From: an uncultured Acidobacteriota bacterium
GTDB taxonomy: Bacteria; Acidobacteriota; Blastocatellia; RBC074
DNA length: 64,000 nt
Assembly: GCA_963796275.1 (NCBI GenBank)
Contig: CAWCKY010000001.1
Span: 1,056,001-1,120,000 of the forward strand
Direction of reading: 5' to 3'
A program made the translations under genes and the position numbers. The notes under the pieces are model-generated. The model saw only the letters and a list, made by a program, of their open reading frames with translations, was not told where the DNA came from and searched no databases. Positions 1 through 11,893 of the stretch are shown in pieces. Position 1 is the stretch's first letter. Every line of letters begins with the position of its first letter.

Positions 1-55
1 CCTGTTGGCCAATAACTGCGGCCCTGAGTTGTTCGGTCATGGCTCCGGATGCCAT
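1..55 (-). CDS. 5' end of a gene running off the left edge (MASGAMTEQLRAAVIGQQ...)
   Basis: ATG at 55-53 with GGAGGA RBS (complement of TCCTCC 59-64); too short to classify. Confidence 0.45.
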   Translation of the reverse strand, partial: MASGAMTEQLRAAVIGQQ

Positions 56-240
56 AAGTCCTCCGGTAATCCCGATAGAGAAATTTTTGAGAAAAGTACG
101 GCGCGGATTTACATCACTGCTGTGTATATGTTTAGACATAGAGTTCTCAATTAGCGGAACCAAGAGATAGAAACTTGAAAGTTGTTTATTTTTCCGAAGC
201 CGGTGTGGAGCGCATCCACCGGGGGGCATAAGTCATTCTA

Positions 241-594
241 TCCTATGTGCCGGAAGACGCTATGGAAATCGGCCGGCAGTGAAGCCAGCTTACCCTCCGG
301 AGATTTAACGCTATTTTATGCTTAGGCGCTTGTGGAACGCAGCCACCGGGGTCATTTTTCCTATGTGCCGGAAGACGCTATGGAAATCGGCCGGCAGTGA
401 AGCCAGCTTACCCTCCGGAGATTTAACGCTATTTTATGCTTAGGCGCTTGTGGAACGCAGCCACCGGGGTCATTTTTCCTATGTGCCGGAAGACGCTATG
501 GAAATCGGCCGGCAGTGAAGCCAGCTTACCCTCCGGAGATTTAACGCTATTTTATGCTTAGGCGCTTGTGGAACGCAGCCACCGGGGTCATTTT
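241..594. repeat. Three tandem 118-bp direct repeats built partly from the REP-like motif
   Basis: TCCTATGTGCCGGAAGACGC recurs at 241, 359 and 477; units appear identical, no spacers. Confidence 0.95.
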
Positions 595-692
595 ATCCTA
601 TGCGCCGGAGGCGCTATGGAAGTTAGCCGGTGGTGGAGCGTAGCGAAACCACCGGAAACATTCGGCATTCGCCCGCGCCCTGGAGGGGCGCA
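568..692. repeat. REP-like palindromic cluster, left flank of the HUH transposase
   Basis: Hairpins CGCCGGAGGCG, CCGGTGGT..ACCACCGG and CGCCCTGGAGGGGCG; 568-655 is the imperfect reverse complement of 1397-1484. Confidence 0.85.
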
Positions 693-702
693 AGAAGCAT
701 AT

Positions 703-1149
703 TCACCAGAGATGCTTTTCACTGTAATCAACACCGCACGATTTCAGAAATAATAGATATTCTTCCTGAAATGTCTTGTGTTGATGATGTATTTCCTGTC
801 TTGCGATGTAATCCCTTACGGTTTGGCGTTGTGATGGGCTGACTGTGAAAGCTCCGTATCCTTCCTGCCATGAGAAGAGCGGTTGCTTCAGTTCCTGATG
901 CACCCATTTTGATGATGAAGCCTTGATCTCTTTCAGGACCTCCGATAACTGATGTGTGGCGCGCAATCCTGCCAGCATATGAACATGATCCTCAACACCG
1001 CCCACGGCTTCTGGGATGCCTCCCAGATCGCGCATTATCCCACCCAGATAGGAGTGCAACCTGTCACGCCAGTCTCGGTGAATATATGCGATGCGGTCTT
1101 TGGTGCTGAATATTAGATGATAATGTAGGCTGAGATGTGTCGATGGCAC
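703..1149 (-). CDS. tnpA: IS200/IS605-family Y1 HUH transposase (RAYT-like)
   Basis: HLIFSTK, HUH motif DHVH, WQEGYGAF, catalytic YxxxQ (YIARQ); 148 aa; no tnpB. Confidence 0.92.
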   Translation of the reverse strand: MPSTHLSLHYHLIFSTKDRIAYIHRDWRDRLHSYLGGIMRDLGGIPEAVGGVEDHVHMLAGLRATHQLSEVLKEIKASSSKWVHQELKQPLFSWQEGYGAFTVSPSQRQTVRDYIARQEIHHQHKTFQEEYLLFLKSCGVDYSEKHLW

Positions 1150-1351
1150 TGCTTAAACTCCTTTCGAGCGCTACCTCAAAGTGCAGAATAATAATAAAGA
1201 GTTCCGGTGTATTATAAAATCGGGAAAATGAGTTCTCTAAAGCTTTCTCTATGGGCGACGAGAGATTATCTGATGATTCTAACCGCTAGAAACGTCCCCA
1301 ATCGATTGCCTCTAGACATGAATGCCGGGCAAGGATGCGAAATTATCAGTA

Positions 1352-1750
1352 CCGCTCCAGCGCCCTTTCAGGGCGCGAGGCGTATATCGGACGGTACCGG
1401 TGGTTACGCTGCGCTTCACCACCGGCTAACTTCCATAGCGCCTCCGGCGCATAGGCTAAAATGACCCCGGTGGCTGCGCTCCACCACTGACTAACTTCCA
1501 TTGCACCTCCGGCGCATAGGATCGAATGGCCCTAGGATTCCGCTGGCTGTGCTCCTTAACCGGCTACTCCAGCGCCCTTTCAGTGCGCGAGGCGTATATC
1601 GGAAGGTACCGGTGGTGAAGCGCAACGTAACCACCGGCTAACTTCGGGTAGCACCTCCGGCGCATAGGATCGAATGGCTCCCAGGTCTCCGCTGGCTGTG
1701 CTGGTCGCACCTCCGGCGCATAACATAAATGGCTCCAGCTCTCCGGTGCC
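1352..1750. repeat. REP-like palindromic cluster, right flank of the HUH transposase
   Basis: Repeated GC(A/G)CCTCCGGCGCATA motifs; ~50-bp block duplicated at 1355 and 1567; inverted relative to the left cluster. Confidence 0.85.
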
Positions 1751-1774
1751 CGGGACGGCGTAATCATATTCGTT

Positions 1775-3133
1775 TCATTTGAGGTTAATTTGCACCTGCC
1801 CGGTTGGTTGAATTGCCACCTCAGTCTTACCAACATCAGCCTCGGCCGTAATATCAGTGTGCGCAGTCTCGCTGGCCAGCAAAACTGCAATCATCGTTAT
1901 ACTTGCCGCCCCGATGATGTAAAGCGCGACTGGCCACGATTTGCCCGTTCGCCTCAAAAGTTCAGTTGCGATGAGCGGTGAGAGCCCCCCCGCCAAAACC
2001 GATGAAAGCTGGTAGCCGAGCGAAGCCCCGGTGTATCGAACCCGCGTCCCGAATAGTTCGGAGAAGAAGCTCGCCTGTGGTCCATACATTGCCGAGTGAC
2101 CGATTACCAGCGCTATTACGACCGACAGAATCAATAGTCCGGTATTCGCCGTTTCGATCAGCCAGAAGAATGGAAATGCGAAAGCACCTGTGAAAATCGC
2201 ACCAAACAGATAGACAGGTCTTCGTCCCAGCCGGTCGGAGAGCGAACCATATGCGGGAAGCGCGAACATTTGAAAGATGGCGGCAATCGAGACGGCATTT
2301 AAGACCGCCGAGCGCGAAAAGCCGATCTGTGATTGTGTCGCATAAGTGAGGATGAAGACCGTGTAGAGATAAAAGACGGCATTATCCGCGACCCGCGCGC
2401 CCATGGCCAGAATCAGGTTTCTGGGATGATTACGCACCGTATCGAGTAGCGGCATTCGGGCCTCAGCGCGGTTTTTCTTGATCTCCGTGAAGACTGGAGG
2501 CTCGACGACCGCCAGCCGGATGAACAGTCCCACAACTACCAATAAGATGCTCCCCAGAAACGCCACTCGCCAACCCCACGAGAGCAGCGCCTCATCCGGC
2601 AGCTGCGAGATTTGTCCGAAGATGAAGGTTGAGAGCAGGAGCCCTGCGGGCACTCCGATCTGCGGCCAGCTTCCATAAAATCCCCGTTTCCCTTTGGGAG
2701 AATGTTCCACGGCCATCAATACGGCGCCGCCCCATTCTCCGCCGACCGCGAACCCTTGTGCGAGCCGCAAAATCACCAGCAAGATCGGGGCCCAGATACC
2801 GATGCTGTTATAAGTCGGTAGGAGCCCGATCAAAAAAGTCGCAACCCCCATAATGAGAAGCGTGAGAACCAGCATCGACCTGCGGCCTATCCTATCGCCA
2901 AAGTGGCCGCATACTATGGCTCCGATGGGACGGGCGGCGAAACCGGCGGCGTAAGTCCCAAATGAAGCGAGAGTGCCGGTCAGTGGATCGAAGTTCGGGA
3001 AGAAGAGCTTTCCGAAGACCAGCGCGCTGGCTGTTCCATAGAGAAAAAAGTCATACCATTCGATGGTCGTGCCGACGAAACTGGCAATCGCCACTCTGTG
3101 TATTGAGTTATTTTTGGGTGGTGAGGGGTTCAA
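1775..3133 (-). CDS. MFS transporter, MHS family (shikimate transporter ShiA-like)
   Basis: GTTIEWYDFFLYG, GDRIGRR, GGEWGGA motifs; 12-TM pattern. Confidence 0.9.
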   Translation of the reverse strand: MNPSPPKNNSIHRVAIASFVGTTIEWYDFFLYGTASALVFGKLFFPNFDPLTGTLASFGTYAAGFAARPIGAIVCGHFGDRIGRRSMLVLTLLIMGVATFLIGLLPTYNSIGIWAPILLVILRLAQGFAVGGEWGGAVLMAVEHSPKGKRGFYGSWPQIGVPAGLLLSTFIFGQISQLPDEALLSWGWRVAFLGSILLVVVGLFIRLAVVEPPVFTEIKKNRAEARMPLLDTVRNHPRNLILAMGARVADNAVFYLYTVFILTYATQSQIGFSRSAVLNAVSIAAIFQMFALPAYGSLSDRLGRRPVYLFGAIFTGAFAFPFFWLIETANTGLLILSVVIALVIGHSAMYGPQASFFSELFGTRVRYTGASLGYQLSSVLAGGLSPLIATELLRRTGKSWPVALYIIGAASITMIAVLLASETAHTDITAEADVGKTEVAIQPTGQVQINLK

Positions 3134-3426
3134 ATTTGGTTCTCCTCTGGAGATACTACAACACTCAAAGATGAGTTTGGTTTCTCGCCCCCGAGGGGTG
3201 GGAGAAGATAACCAGGGGCTAGGCCGATTGGAGATCGGCGAAAACCCCTGGATAACGATTCGGTATTTTGTCGTATCCTAAATGATGCGAATCCGGTGCG
3301 GGGATGTGACAGTAATTGATTCGCGCATCCCGTTGGAATGCATCGATTTTTTTGTCCCAGGTATTTTCGCTGCGCTCCAACACTGGGTACTTTTTGCTTG
3401 GGCCTTCGGAGCTAAGACGCTCCATT

Positions 3427-4665
<1,239 letters not shown>

Positions 4666-4932
4666 AGAACAACCTCCTTTTTTTCCCTTTGATAACTACG
4701 ATAACTCTTTTTCGTGACAGATTAAATATGCTCGATCCAAAATAATTTGCGAGATATTCGGGGGCGGTAGGTCAAAAAAGTGGAACAGAAGGTAAGATTC
4801 CGAGCTTCTTGTCTTTTTTACCTTTTTGCTTCCCTTCGCGTTGCGCTGTCTGACCTGACATCAAACAGGTTTTCTGACATAGTTGTTTATGACGGGAGTT
4901 CCATTCAACATACACATCGATAGGAGGCAACC

Positions 4933-6105
4933 TTGAATCCAGAGACAGATTTTTTCAAGCTCGACGCGCTGTTAACCGATGAGGAGAGGCTCGTGCGCGA
5001 TTCGGTCAGAGCCTTCGTGCGCGACCGCGTCAATCCGATCATCGCCGATTGTTTTGAAGAGGGACGGTTCCCGAGGGAGCTGATCCCTGAAATGGCTAAA
5101 CTCGGGCTGTATGGTTCAACTTTACCCGAAAAATACGGGTGCGCCGGCGTCAACAGTGTCAGTTATGGGCTGATTTGCCAGGAGCTGGAGGCTGGCGATT
5201 CCGGCATCCGCAGTTTCGTGTCGGTGCAGAGCTCATTATGCATGTATCCGATCTTCCAGTTCGGCAGCGAAGCGCAGAGAGAGAAATATCTGCCGCAGAT
5301 GGCCTTAGGAGAAATCATCGGTTGTTTCGGTTTGACTGAGCCCAACTCCGGTTCTGATCCCAGCAGTATGAGCACGCGGGCTGTACGAACGCGTGACGGC
5401 TGGTTGCTCAACGGCGGTAAAACCTGGATCACCAATGGCACGCTGGCCGACATCGCCGTCGTCTGGGCAAAGACCGATGATAACGACACAATCCGCGGAT
5501 TTATCGTAGAGAAAGGGACGAAAGGATTCACCGCCTCCGATATAAAACACAAGATGAGCCTTCGCGCTTCGGTAACATCCCAACTCTTCTTTCAGGATTG
5601 CCTCATCCCCGAAGATAATGTGCTTCCGGCGAGCAAAGGTCTGAAAAGCCCGCTGATGTGCCTGTCGCAGGCGCGCTTTGGAATCGCATGGGGCGCAGTC
5701 GGTGCAGCGGCTTCGTGCTACAAGACCGCGCTCGATTATGCGAAACAGCGCGTCCAGTTCAACCGCCCGATCGCAGGTTTTCAGCTCACGCAGGAGAAAC
5801 TGGTGAAGATGTTCACCCAAATCAGCATGGCGCAACTCCTCTGTCTGAGACTGGGGCGATTGAAGGAAGCCGGTGAACTCGAACCGGCGCACGTCTCTAT
5901 GGGTAAACTGAATAATGTAGCGATGGCCCGCGAATGTGCTCAGATCGCGCGTGCGATCCTCGGCGGTAACGGTATCGTGGGCGAATACCCGATAATGCGC
6001 CATATGTGCAACCTGGAATCAGTCTACACCTACGAGGGTACGAACGAAATTCATATGCTCGTGCTCGGGAAACACATCACGGGCCTGGATGCTTTTTCAA
6101 ACTAA
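4933..6105 (+). CDS. Acyl-CoA dehydrogenase, glutaryl-CoA dehydrogenase-like
   Basis: CFGLTEPNSGSDP, KTWITNG, LGGNG, YTYEGT; AGGAGG RBS. Confidence 0.9.
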   Translation: MNPETDFFKLDALLTDEERLVRDSVRAFVRDRVNPIIADCFEEGRFPRELIPEMAKLGLYGSTLPEKYGCAGVNSVSYGLICQELEAGDSGIRSFVSVQSSLCMYPIFQFGSEAQREKYLPQMALGEIIGCFGLTEPNSGSDPSSMSTRAVRTRDGWLLNGGKTWITNGTLADIAVVWAKTDDNDTIRGFIVEKGTKGFTASDIKHKMSLRASVTSQLFFQDCLIPEDNVLPASKGLKSPLMCLSQARFGIAWGAVGAAASCYKTALDYAKQRVQFNRPIAGFQLTQEKLVKMFTQISMAQLLCLRLGRLKEAGELEPAHVSMGKLNNVAMARECAQIARAILGGNGIVGEYPIMRHMCNLESVYTYEGTNEIHMLVLGKHITGLDAFSN

Positions 6106-6157
6106 ATTTCCAAACTGCATGCAATTACAACATTGAGAAATTTGTTTCACCACCAGA

Positions 6158-6440
6158 ATGCAGAAGCGAGCCCAGGCAGAGGAGGAGTCCATCATTTACG
6201 ATGATGGATTCGTGCGAAGAGTGAAAGCCGATGCGCCGGTTCACAATGACGGCTGCCGGCTCCCTAACGGTGGAGGCGGATGGCTCCCAGACGGACGAAC
6301 GCGTAATCCCTTGTTGCCGGTGCTGGCTGCTTTTGCTCCGGGCCGTGATGTCGATGTTTGGGAGGATGGGGCGGTCAAACAGAATCCTGCGGGAGCAAAA
6401 ATTGTTTTACAGGTTCATTACTCGAAGGCCGAATGTACGA
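6158..6440 (+). pseudogene. Internal fragment of a paralog of the 3427-4665 copper monooxygenase-like gene
   Basis: FAPGRDVDVW..PAGAKIVLQVHYSK resembles [24 protein letters not shown]. Confidence 0.55.
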
Positions 6441-6541
6441 GACCTACCTTAAATCTATTCTGAATTGGTTTTAACTGTGCATCGATAGCTGTGTAGGCAC
6501 TCAAACAAAGTTATATCGAGCGGTCTTTTGTTGAACTGATT

Positions 6542-7099
6542 TTATTGCTTCGCCAGTCTCGGAAGACGCGGAGTAAATTCTGCAGAAGCAGTGCCGGTTT
6601 CGACGAGCTCAAATCGGCTGTCTCCATCCTCGTCGTAATAGTGTAACCCCTCCATAGTGTAAGTAGCGCGGTATTTGACCACGTAGCAGAACGGGCGGTC
6701 GCCCAGGTCATATTTAACTATCGTCATCACGCGAAGCTTTTTCGCGGTTATACCCAATCCTTTAAGTTCTTGTTCAGACAAGAAGTCCCTGAGAGTTACT
6801 GGGATGTCAGTTCCGGTTTGAGGGCTAAGCCAGCTCGAGTAAACTTTTACTGTTTCATTACTGACGGCCTGAAGTAAACTGGCTGGTCTATATTCTTTAG
6901 CCACCGCAAGGCCCGGAATCTTCCACCCTTCTTCTTTGATCAATCTTTTGCCGGTTACAGGCACTGGGCTCGGTTTTGCTGCGATCGCCAGTTGAGTATC
7001 ATTTTGATAACCACTGCTCTTGCAACTCGCGCCAGTGAAAAGCATTGTTAACAAAACGAAAGAGATCGTATGCTGGAGTTGATACCTTTTACATTTCAT
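6542..7099 (-). CDS. Hypothetical lipoprotein
   Basis: Hydrophobic N-terminus with lipobox-like TGASC; 185 aa. Confidence 0.65.
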   Translation of the reverse strand: MKCKRYQLQHTISFVLLTMLFTGASCKSSGYQNDTQLAIAAKPSPVPVTGKRLIKEEGWKIPGLAVAKEYRPASLLQAVSNETVKVYSSWLSPQTGTDIPVTLRDFLSEQELKGLGITAKKLRVMTIVKYDLGDRPFCYVVKYRATYTMEGLHYYDEDGDSRFELVETGTASAEFTPRLPRLAKQ

Positions 7100-7432
7100 A
7101 TATCAGTCCTTAATCACAATTCGATATGAGGAGAGCAGGAGAAACTGAATGTCGAACCCTTTCCAGGGTTTCGCTAGTGAATCGAGATCGGTGGGGCAGA
7201 CCATCTGGGCCGGCTGGGTCAAATCGAGTTGTTGAGCCGAGACGAACGAATGTGAAGAAACAAGAATTGTGACACGAGTAAGTAGACCAACTGCCACCTT
7301 CATTTTCCGTAGCACTTCCTTTTCCTATCGCGAAAATTACGAGGCAAGTTTGCAAGGAACAGAGGCGAGACGATCTCCGTCAATCGCCTCCGCCTATGTT
7401 CCCTGTTTGTATGGTTGAATTGAACCCCGACG

Positions 7433-10400
7433 CTAAAACTTCACCTTCAATCCGAATTGCATCGTCCGCGGGCCGCCCACCGAGCGTGTGATCTGTCCGA
7501 AGTCCGTCTCATCACCCAGATCCGCATTCGGGTTGGCGAAGTTAGCGAAGTTGAAGAGGTTGAACACGTCCCACCGCAGTTCCAGTCCCACTCGCTCGGT
7601 CAGTTGCGTGGTCTTCGACAGGCTCAGGCTAGCCAGCCTCTGCGACGGCCCCCGCAAGACGTTCCGTCCCAGGTTGCCGAATTGGCCCAGGCTCGGGAGC
7701 AATGCCCGATTCGCATCGAACGGATTCTGATTGGTGTTGAAGTAACAGCGAGTAATGTCCTCGCAGTTGCGCTGCTTGAGTAGCTCGAGGCTGCTCACGC
7801 TCGGACGAGCGAAGGCGGGACCATAGAAGGTGCCCGTGCTCGGCCCGACATTGAAAGTGGCATAATTGAGAGTTACACCCTGACTGTTCGTTCGAAACGA
7901 CCGAATGTTGAGGCCTGCCAATTGTGGGGGAAGACCTTCTGCACTCGCGGCATCTCCCGCAAGAACCTGAGGATCTGTAACGAATATAGAGAAGGGTATG
8001 CCGCTCTGCCACTGCCCGAAACCTGACAATTGCCACCCTTTGATCAAGTTCGACTTGGAGCCGAAGGTCGGCAACTCCCAGTTGAAACTCGCCGCAAAAC
8101 GATGCGGACGGTCGAAGTCTGAGAGCGCGTAGTTGGAGTTGATGTCCCTCTGGTCTCCCATCACGACTAAGCCCAGGTTCGGTTGGTCAGGGTTGCCCGA
8201 AGCCGTCGTGCTGCCCGGATCGATCGAACCGATGTCCATCGATTTCGAGAAGTTGTAGGAGAGGGTGAAGCCATAGCCCTTTGAGAAACGCCGGCTGAGA
8301 TTGAACTGAGCCGAGTGGTAAATCGAGTAACCGCGAGACTGGAGAATGATGCTGTCAGTCGGATCAAATCCGAGATACGGAGCGCGCAGTGCCGGATTGA
8401 GCAAAGCCCCAAAACTAGCAGATTGTTGATCGACATTCCCGTTCCCGAGGAAGATAGGACCATATCCCAGTGCATCTAACAAACCATTCACCTGCAATAG
8501 TCTGAACATGTTCTCAGTGTCATCACCAAATGTTATTCCACGCCCCCGTTCTCGTGCCGTGGCGCCTGGATTCAGGGGTTCGTAACTAGGAGCACCATTT
8601 ACACCGCCAGGAACGCTTGGAACCCTGGCTAAGTCGGCGCCTAGCTTACTCCGCTCCCATGGGTCGTTAAGGCGTTTGTAGATGTAGTCAGGAGTGTTCG
8701 GATCGTTGAGGTCATAAGGTTGGTTAAAACCGACTGCGGTTAGCAGTTTGAGTCCTCGCGTGCCGACATACCGCGCTTCTACCACCCAGTCATTGCCAAT
8801 CTGCTGCTGTATGCCAAAATTCCATTGTTGGATGTAAGGTGTTTCAAGATCGCGGTCAACCGCGCGAAACTCGATAGGCTCAGCTATGTTACCTGTGAGC
8901 GGTATCTCCGCTTTCAAGAGATCAGCACGCCTAACCCCCCTGGGTTGGCCCGGTAAGCTCGTTATTTCCCGCACCCGTCTTAGCAGGTCCGGGTCATCAG
9001 CCAGTTTAGCCCAATCGATGCCGGTGATTTGAGGATTCGCACCTGTCACGGGCGTTCCGTCATAAAGCCTGGTTGTTTCATTGGGGATGTAATATACGCC
9101 AAATGGCAGGTAGTCAAGGAACGGGTATGATGGGAGTTGCGCCTGAAACGCCGTGTCATATGGAACAAGCGAAAAGCTCCCGGTCGTCACCTCGATCTCT
9201 CGTAGGAATGGCAGATTCGTGTAGAGCGTGTTCATATATGCTGCCGATGGCCGGTCATAGAAAATCCCATACCCGCCTCGGATCACCGTCTTCCCGCTCG
9301 CAAATGGCGTCCAGGCAAATCCGACGCGCGGACCAAAGTTGTTGAGGTCCTGCCCGTTGAGCGTGTGCTTGTTGTCCACCTGAGCCATTCGATTAATTGA
9401 ATTGTCAATCGCATCGAAGCCCGTGCGCCGGACATTGCTGGGCAGGATGAATCCCGGTCTGATATCTTCGGTCGAAGTCAATCGCGAAAAATCGAAGTTG
9501 GCGATGCGGCCGAACTGCTCCTCCGGCCAGGCATACCAATCCCAGCGCAGACCGATGTTCAGCGTTAGCTTTCTGTTTACCTTCCATTCATCCGAGACGT
9601 ACCAGCTCAGATCGTTAAAACGAAACTGCTTGTCGGTAATTCCAAATTGCGTATCGGCTTCCGTCGCATTGCCGGTAACCAGCTGGTTGAATGCGAGTGC
9701 TCTCTCGAACTGTACCCCCTGCTCTTCGGGCAGGTTGGTGTCGAAGTAATTGCGTTTCGCCTCGACTCCGAAGCGGAATGAGTGTGAGCCGCGCACGTAG
9801 GTCAGGTTGTCGGCCAACGTCATGGTGACCTGTTTGCGCCGGTTATAGATGTCATTCGGCGGACAGATCGATAAGTCCTGGAGGTTGTTGCGAAAGGCGA
9901 AGTTGGCGCAGCGCTGCGTCTGCAGCCCCGGCTCGAAGAACCTGGCAGGGTTGAAGATGCCCAACCCTTCGTTGGTCAACTCGGGCACAAGGAACCGCTC
10001 GTCGAGCTGGCGGCTGTTATCGAGCCAAAAATAACCGAATCGCGCCTCGTTGATGAAGTTTTGCGAGAAGACGTGGGTGTCTGTGAACGAGAGGGTGCGG
10101 TTGCGATCGTTCTTGACCAGCGGGGTCGGGGAAGCGAGGGTGGAGTTGGGAAAAGGGTTGGTACTGGGGAAATTGGCGAAGAAGAAGGTCCAGGCCAAAG
10201 TGTTCGAGCCGGTATTGCCCTGAAACAGGTTGTAGTCGAGACGCGTGGTGAACTGATCCTGTATAAAATCGGCGGGCGACACGTTGCGCTGCCGGACGAG
10301 TGGAAGCGCGCCGATTGAACCAGCGCCCCCTGAGCCCAGATCTTCTAAACGGCAGGGCACAAAAGTCGTATTCTGCTTCCAATTTTGTGGTGTACCGCTT

Positions 10401-11677
10401 TGAGGATTGTCCGGAAGATTTAGACAGTTCCCGAAGAGACGTTCGGCATTCGGCCGAGGGGTTGGCACGATGTAGTCGCCCGTCAACGGATTGCGCGTCA
10501 TCAGGAGCCGTGTTCCCGGCGAGGTCGGGTCAACGCGCCGGCTTCGAGTAAGTTGATCATCGCAATTAGCTTGGCCCCGAATGCAGACGACATAATCTAT
10601 GTTATTAGGACCGAGGTTAAGATCAATGGCACGATTGATCGCGTTCGACAGCGCCTGGGGCGTCCGCTCCCCTTGCACCATACTGAGATACTCCGGCAAT
10701 ACCACCAGACTCTGCGCCGAGGGCACATAGGCCGTGCTCGCATCCGTCCTCTGATAGCTCCCGAAGAAAAACAATTTCTCCTTGATCATCGGTCCGCCCA
10801 GTGTGAACCCGCCCTCCAACCTCCTCGCCTTCTGCCGGTCGATCCCATCCCGATTGAAGAAGAAGTCGTTGGCATTGAACTTCTCATTTTGTCCGTAGAA
10901 GTATCCAGTACCCGAGAACCGGTTGCCTCCGCTTTTAGTCACGATCTGGATGTTGCCGCCGCCGCTTCTGCCGATCGATGAGTCATATAAGCTGCTCTGC
11001 AGTTTGAGTTCCTGAATCGTCTCGGGAGCTGGCGAGATGTTCTCGGTCAGAGTGCCTTCGCCCGAGAGGTTGGTGGCATCGATCCCGTTGAAGAAGACGC
11101 TGCTGCTGGTGGTCCGTGTGCCATTGATGGCTGCGGAGATGTTGCCCGTATCGTTGGTGTTTGCCTGGGGCAGATCGGCGCCTGCCGAGGTATCGGTCAG
11201 GATGCCGGTGGTGATGCTTCTGGTCGGTGAAGGTAAAGCATTTATTTGCCTGGCATCGAGAGTGGTCGAGGTTGCCGGCGTGGTGGTGGGAGGCAACGGC
11301 GCATTCTCGGCTGTGATCTCTAAAGCGAGAGCGATCTCGCCGATTTTGAGTTGGACATCGACAACCGATGTACCGGTCTGTAACTGCGCGGGTTGCTTAA
11401 GCGTCGAGAAGCTGGAAGCTTCAAATGTTATTTCATAGCGACCGATAGGGAGAACCGGAATAGTCCATCTACCGTTTTCATCGGTTGTGGTCTCGCGGGT
11501 AACATTCCGATCAAGGTTTAAAGCCTTTACCTTAACGCCGGTAATAACTGCATTGTTGGTATCGCGAACTGTTCCGGTGAAGTTTCCATTGTCCGAGTTC
11601 TGAGCCAAAACACTTGTTGACAACAGGAGACATAGGCAAATTGAAGCTGCCAAGCTAATGATCCGATGCTTTTTCAC
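7433..11677 (-). CDS. Oar-like TonB-dependent receptor with N-terminal carboxypeptidase-regulatory-like domain
   Basis: GTVRD..GVKV, TKSGGN.FSG, NNFGPRVGFAW, IRGGYGIFYD, terminal RTMQFGLKVKF. Confidence 0.92.
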   Translation of the reverse strand: MKKHRIISLAASICLCLLLSTSVLAQNSDNGNFTGTVRDTNNAVITGVKVKALNLDRNVTRETTTDENGRWTIPVLPIGRYEITFEASSFSTLKQPAQLQTGTSVVDVQLKIGEIALALEITAENAPLPPTTTPATSTTLDARQINALPSPTRSITTGILTDTSAGADLPQANTNDTGNISAAINGTRTTSSSVFFNGIDATNLSGEGTLTENISPAPETIQELKLQSSLYDSSIGRSGGGNIQIVTKSGGNRFSGTGYFYGQNEKFNANDFFFNRDGIDRQKARRLEGGFTLGGPMIKEKLFFFGSYQRTDASTAYVPSAQSLVVLPEYLSMVQGERTPQALSNAINRAIDLNLGPNNIDYVVCIRGQANCDDQLTRSRRVDPTSPGTRLLMTRNPLTGDYIVPTPRPNAERLFGNCLNLPDNPQSGTPQNWKQNTTFVPCRLEDLGSGGAGSIGALPLVRQRNVSPADFIQDQFTTRLDYNLFQGNTGSNTLAWTFFFANFPSTNPFPNSTLASPTPLVKNDRNRTLSFTDTHVFSQNFINEARFGYFWLDNSRQLDERFLVPELTNEGLGIFNPARFFEPGLQTQRCANFAFRNNLQDLSICPPNDIYNRRKQVTMTLADNLTYVRGSHSFRFGVEAKRNYFDTNLPEEQGVQFERALAFNQLVTGNATEADTQFGITDKQFRFNDLSWYVSDEWKVNRKLTLNIGLRWDWYAWPEEQFGRIANFDFSRLTSTEDIRPGFILPSNVRRTGFDAIDNSINRMAQVDNKHTLNGQDLNNFGPRVGFAWTPFASGKTVIRGGYGIFYDRPSAAYMNTLYTNLPFLREIEVTTGSFSLVPYDTAFQAQLPSYPFLDYLPFGVYYIPNETTRLYDGTPVTGANPQITGIDWAKLADDPDLLRRVREITSLPGQPRGVRRADLLKAEIPLTGNIAEPIEFRAVDRDLETPYIQQWNFGIQQQIGNDWVVEARYVGTRGLKLLTAVGFNQPYDLNDPNTPDYIYKRLNDPWERSKLGADLARVPSVPGGVNGAPSYEPLNPGATARERGRGITFGDDTENMFRLLQVNGLLDALGYGPIFLGNGNVDQQSASFGALLNPALRAPYLGFDPTDSIILQSRGYSIYHSAQFNLSRRFSKGYGFTLSYNFSKSMDIGSIDPGSTTASGNPDQPNLGLVVMGDQRDINSNYALSDFDRPHRFAASFNWELPTFGSKSNLIKGWQLSGFGQWQSGIPFSIFVTDPQVLAGDAASAEGLPPQLAGLNIRSFRTNSQGVTLNYATFNVGPSTGTFYGPAFARPSVSSLELLKQRNCEDITRCYFNTNQNPFDANRALLPSLGQFGNLGRNVLRGPSQRLASLSLSKTTQLTERVGLELRWDVFNLFNFANFANPNADLGDETDFGQITRSVGGPRTMQFGLKVKF

Positions 11678-11893
11678 TGTACTTTATCTCCATTAAGGGG
11701 GGTTAGAAGCCATCTCTAATAGCTTAGAGATAGGTTGAAAGGGCTTAACATAGCCATTCTAGTATGTGCCCCATCACTTACAGGCGTGTGAGCCGCAAAG
11801 GTTACTTTGCGGCTCACGCAGGTTATTCTTCGAGCTTATTTCTGCTCGAATACCGTCGTTTATTTGGTTGTTACTCGCTGGCGGATTCCGCAA

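Noticed and set aside
241-594. CRISPR array
   Set aside because: Units are identical with no variable spacers, and there are no cas genes in the window.
7103-7355. Short ORFs upstream of the lipoprotein
   Set aside because: Possibly a remnant of a secreted-protein gene, but there is no supporting motif.
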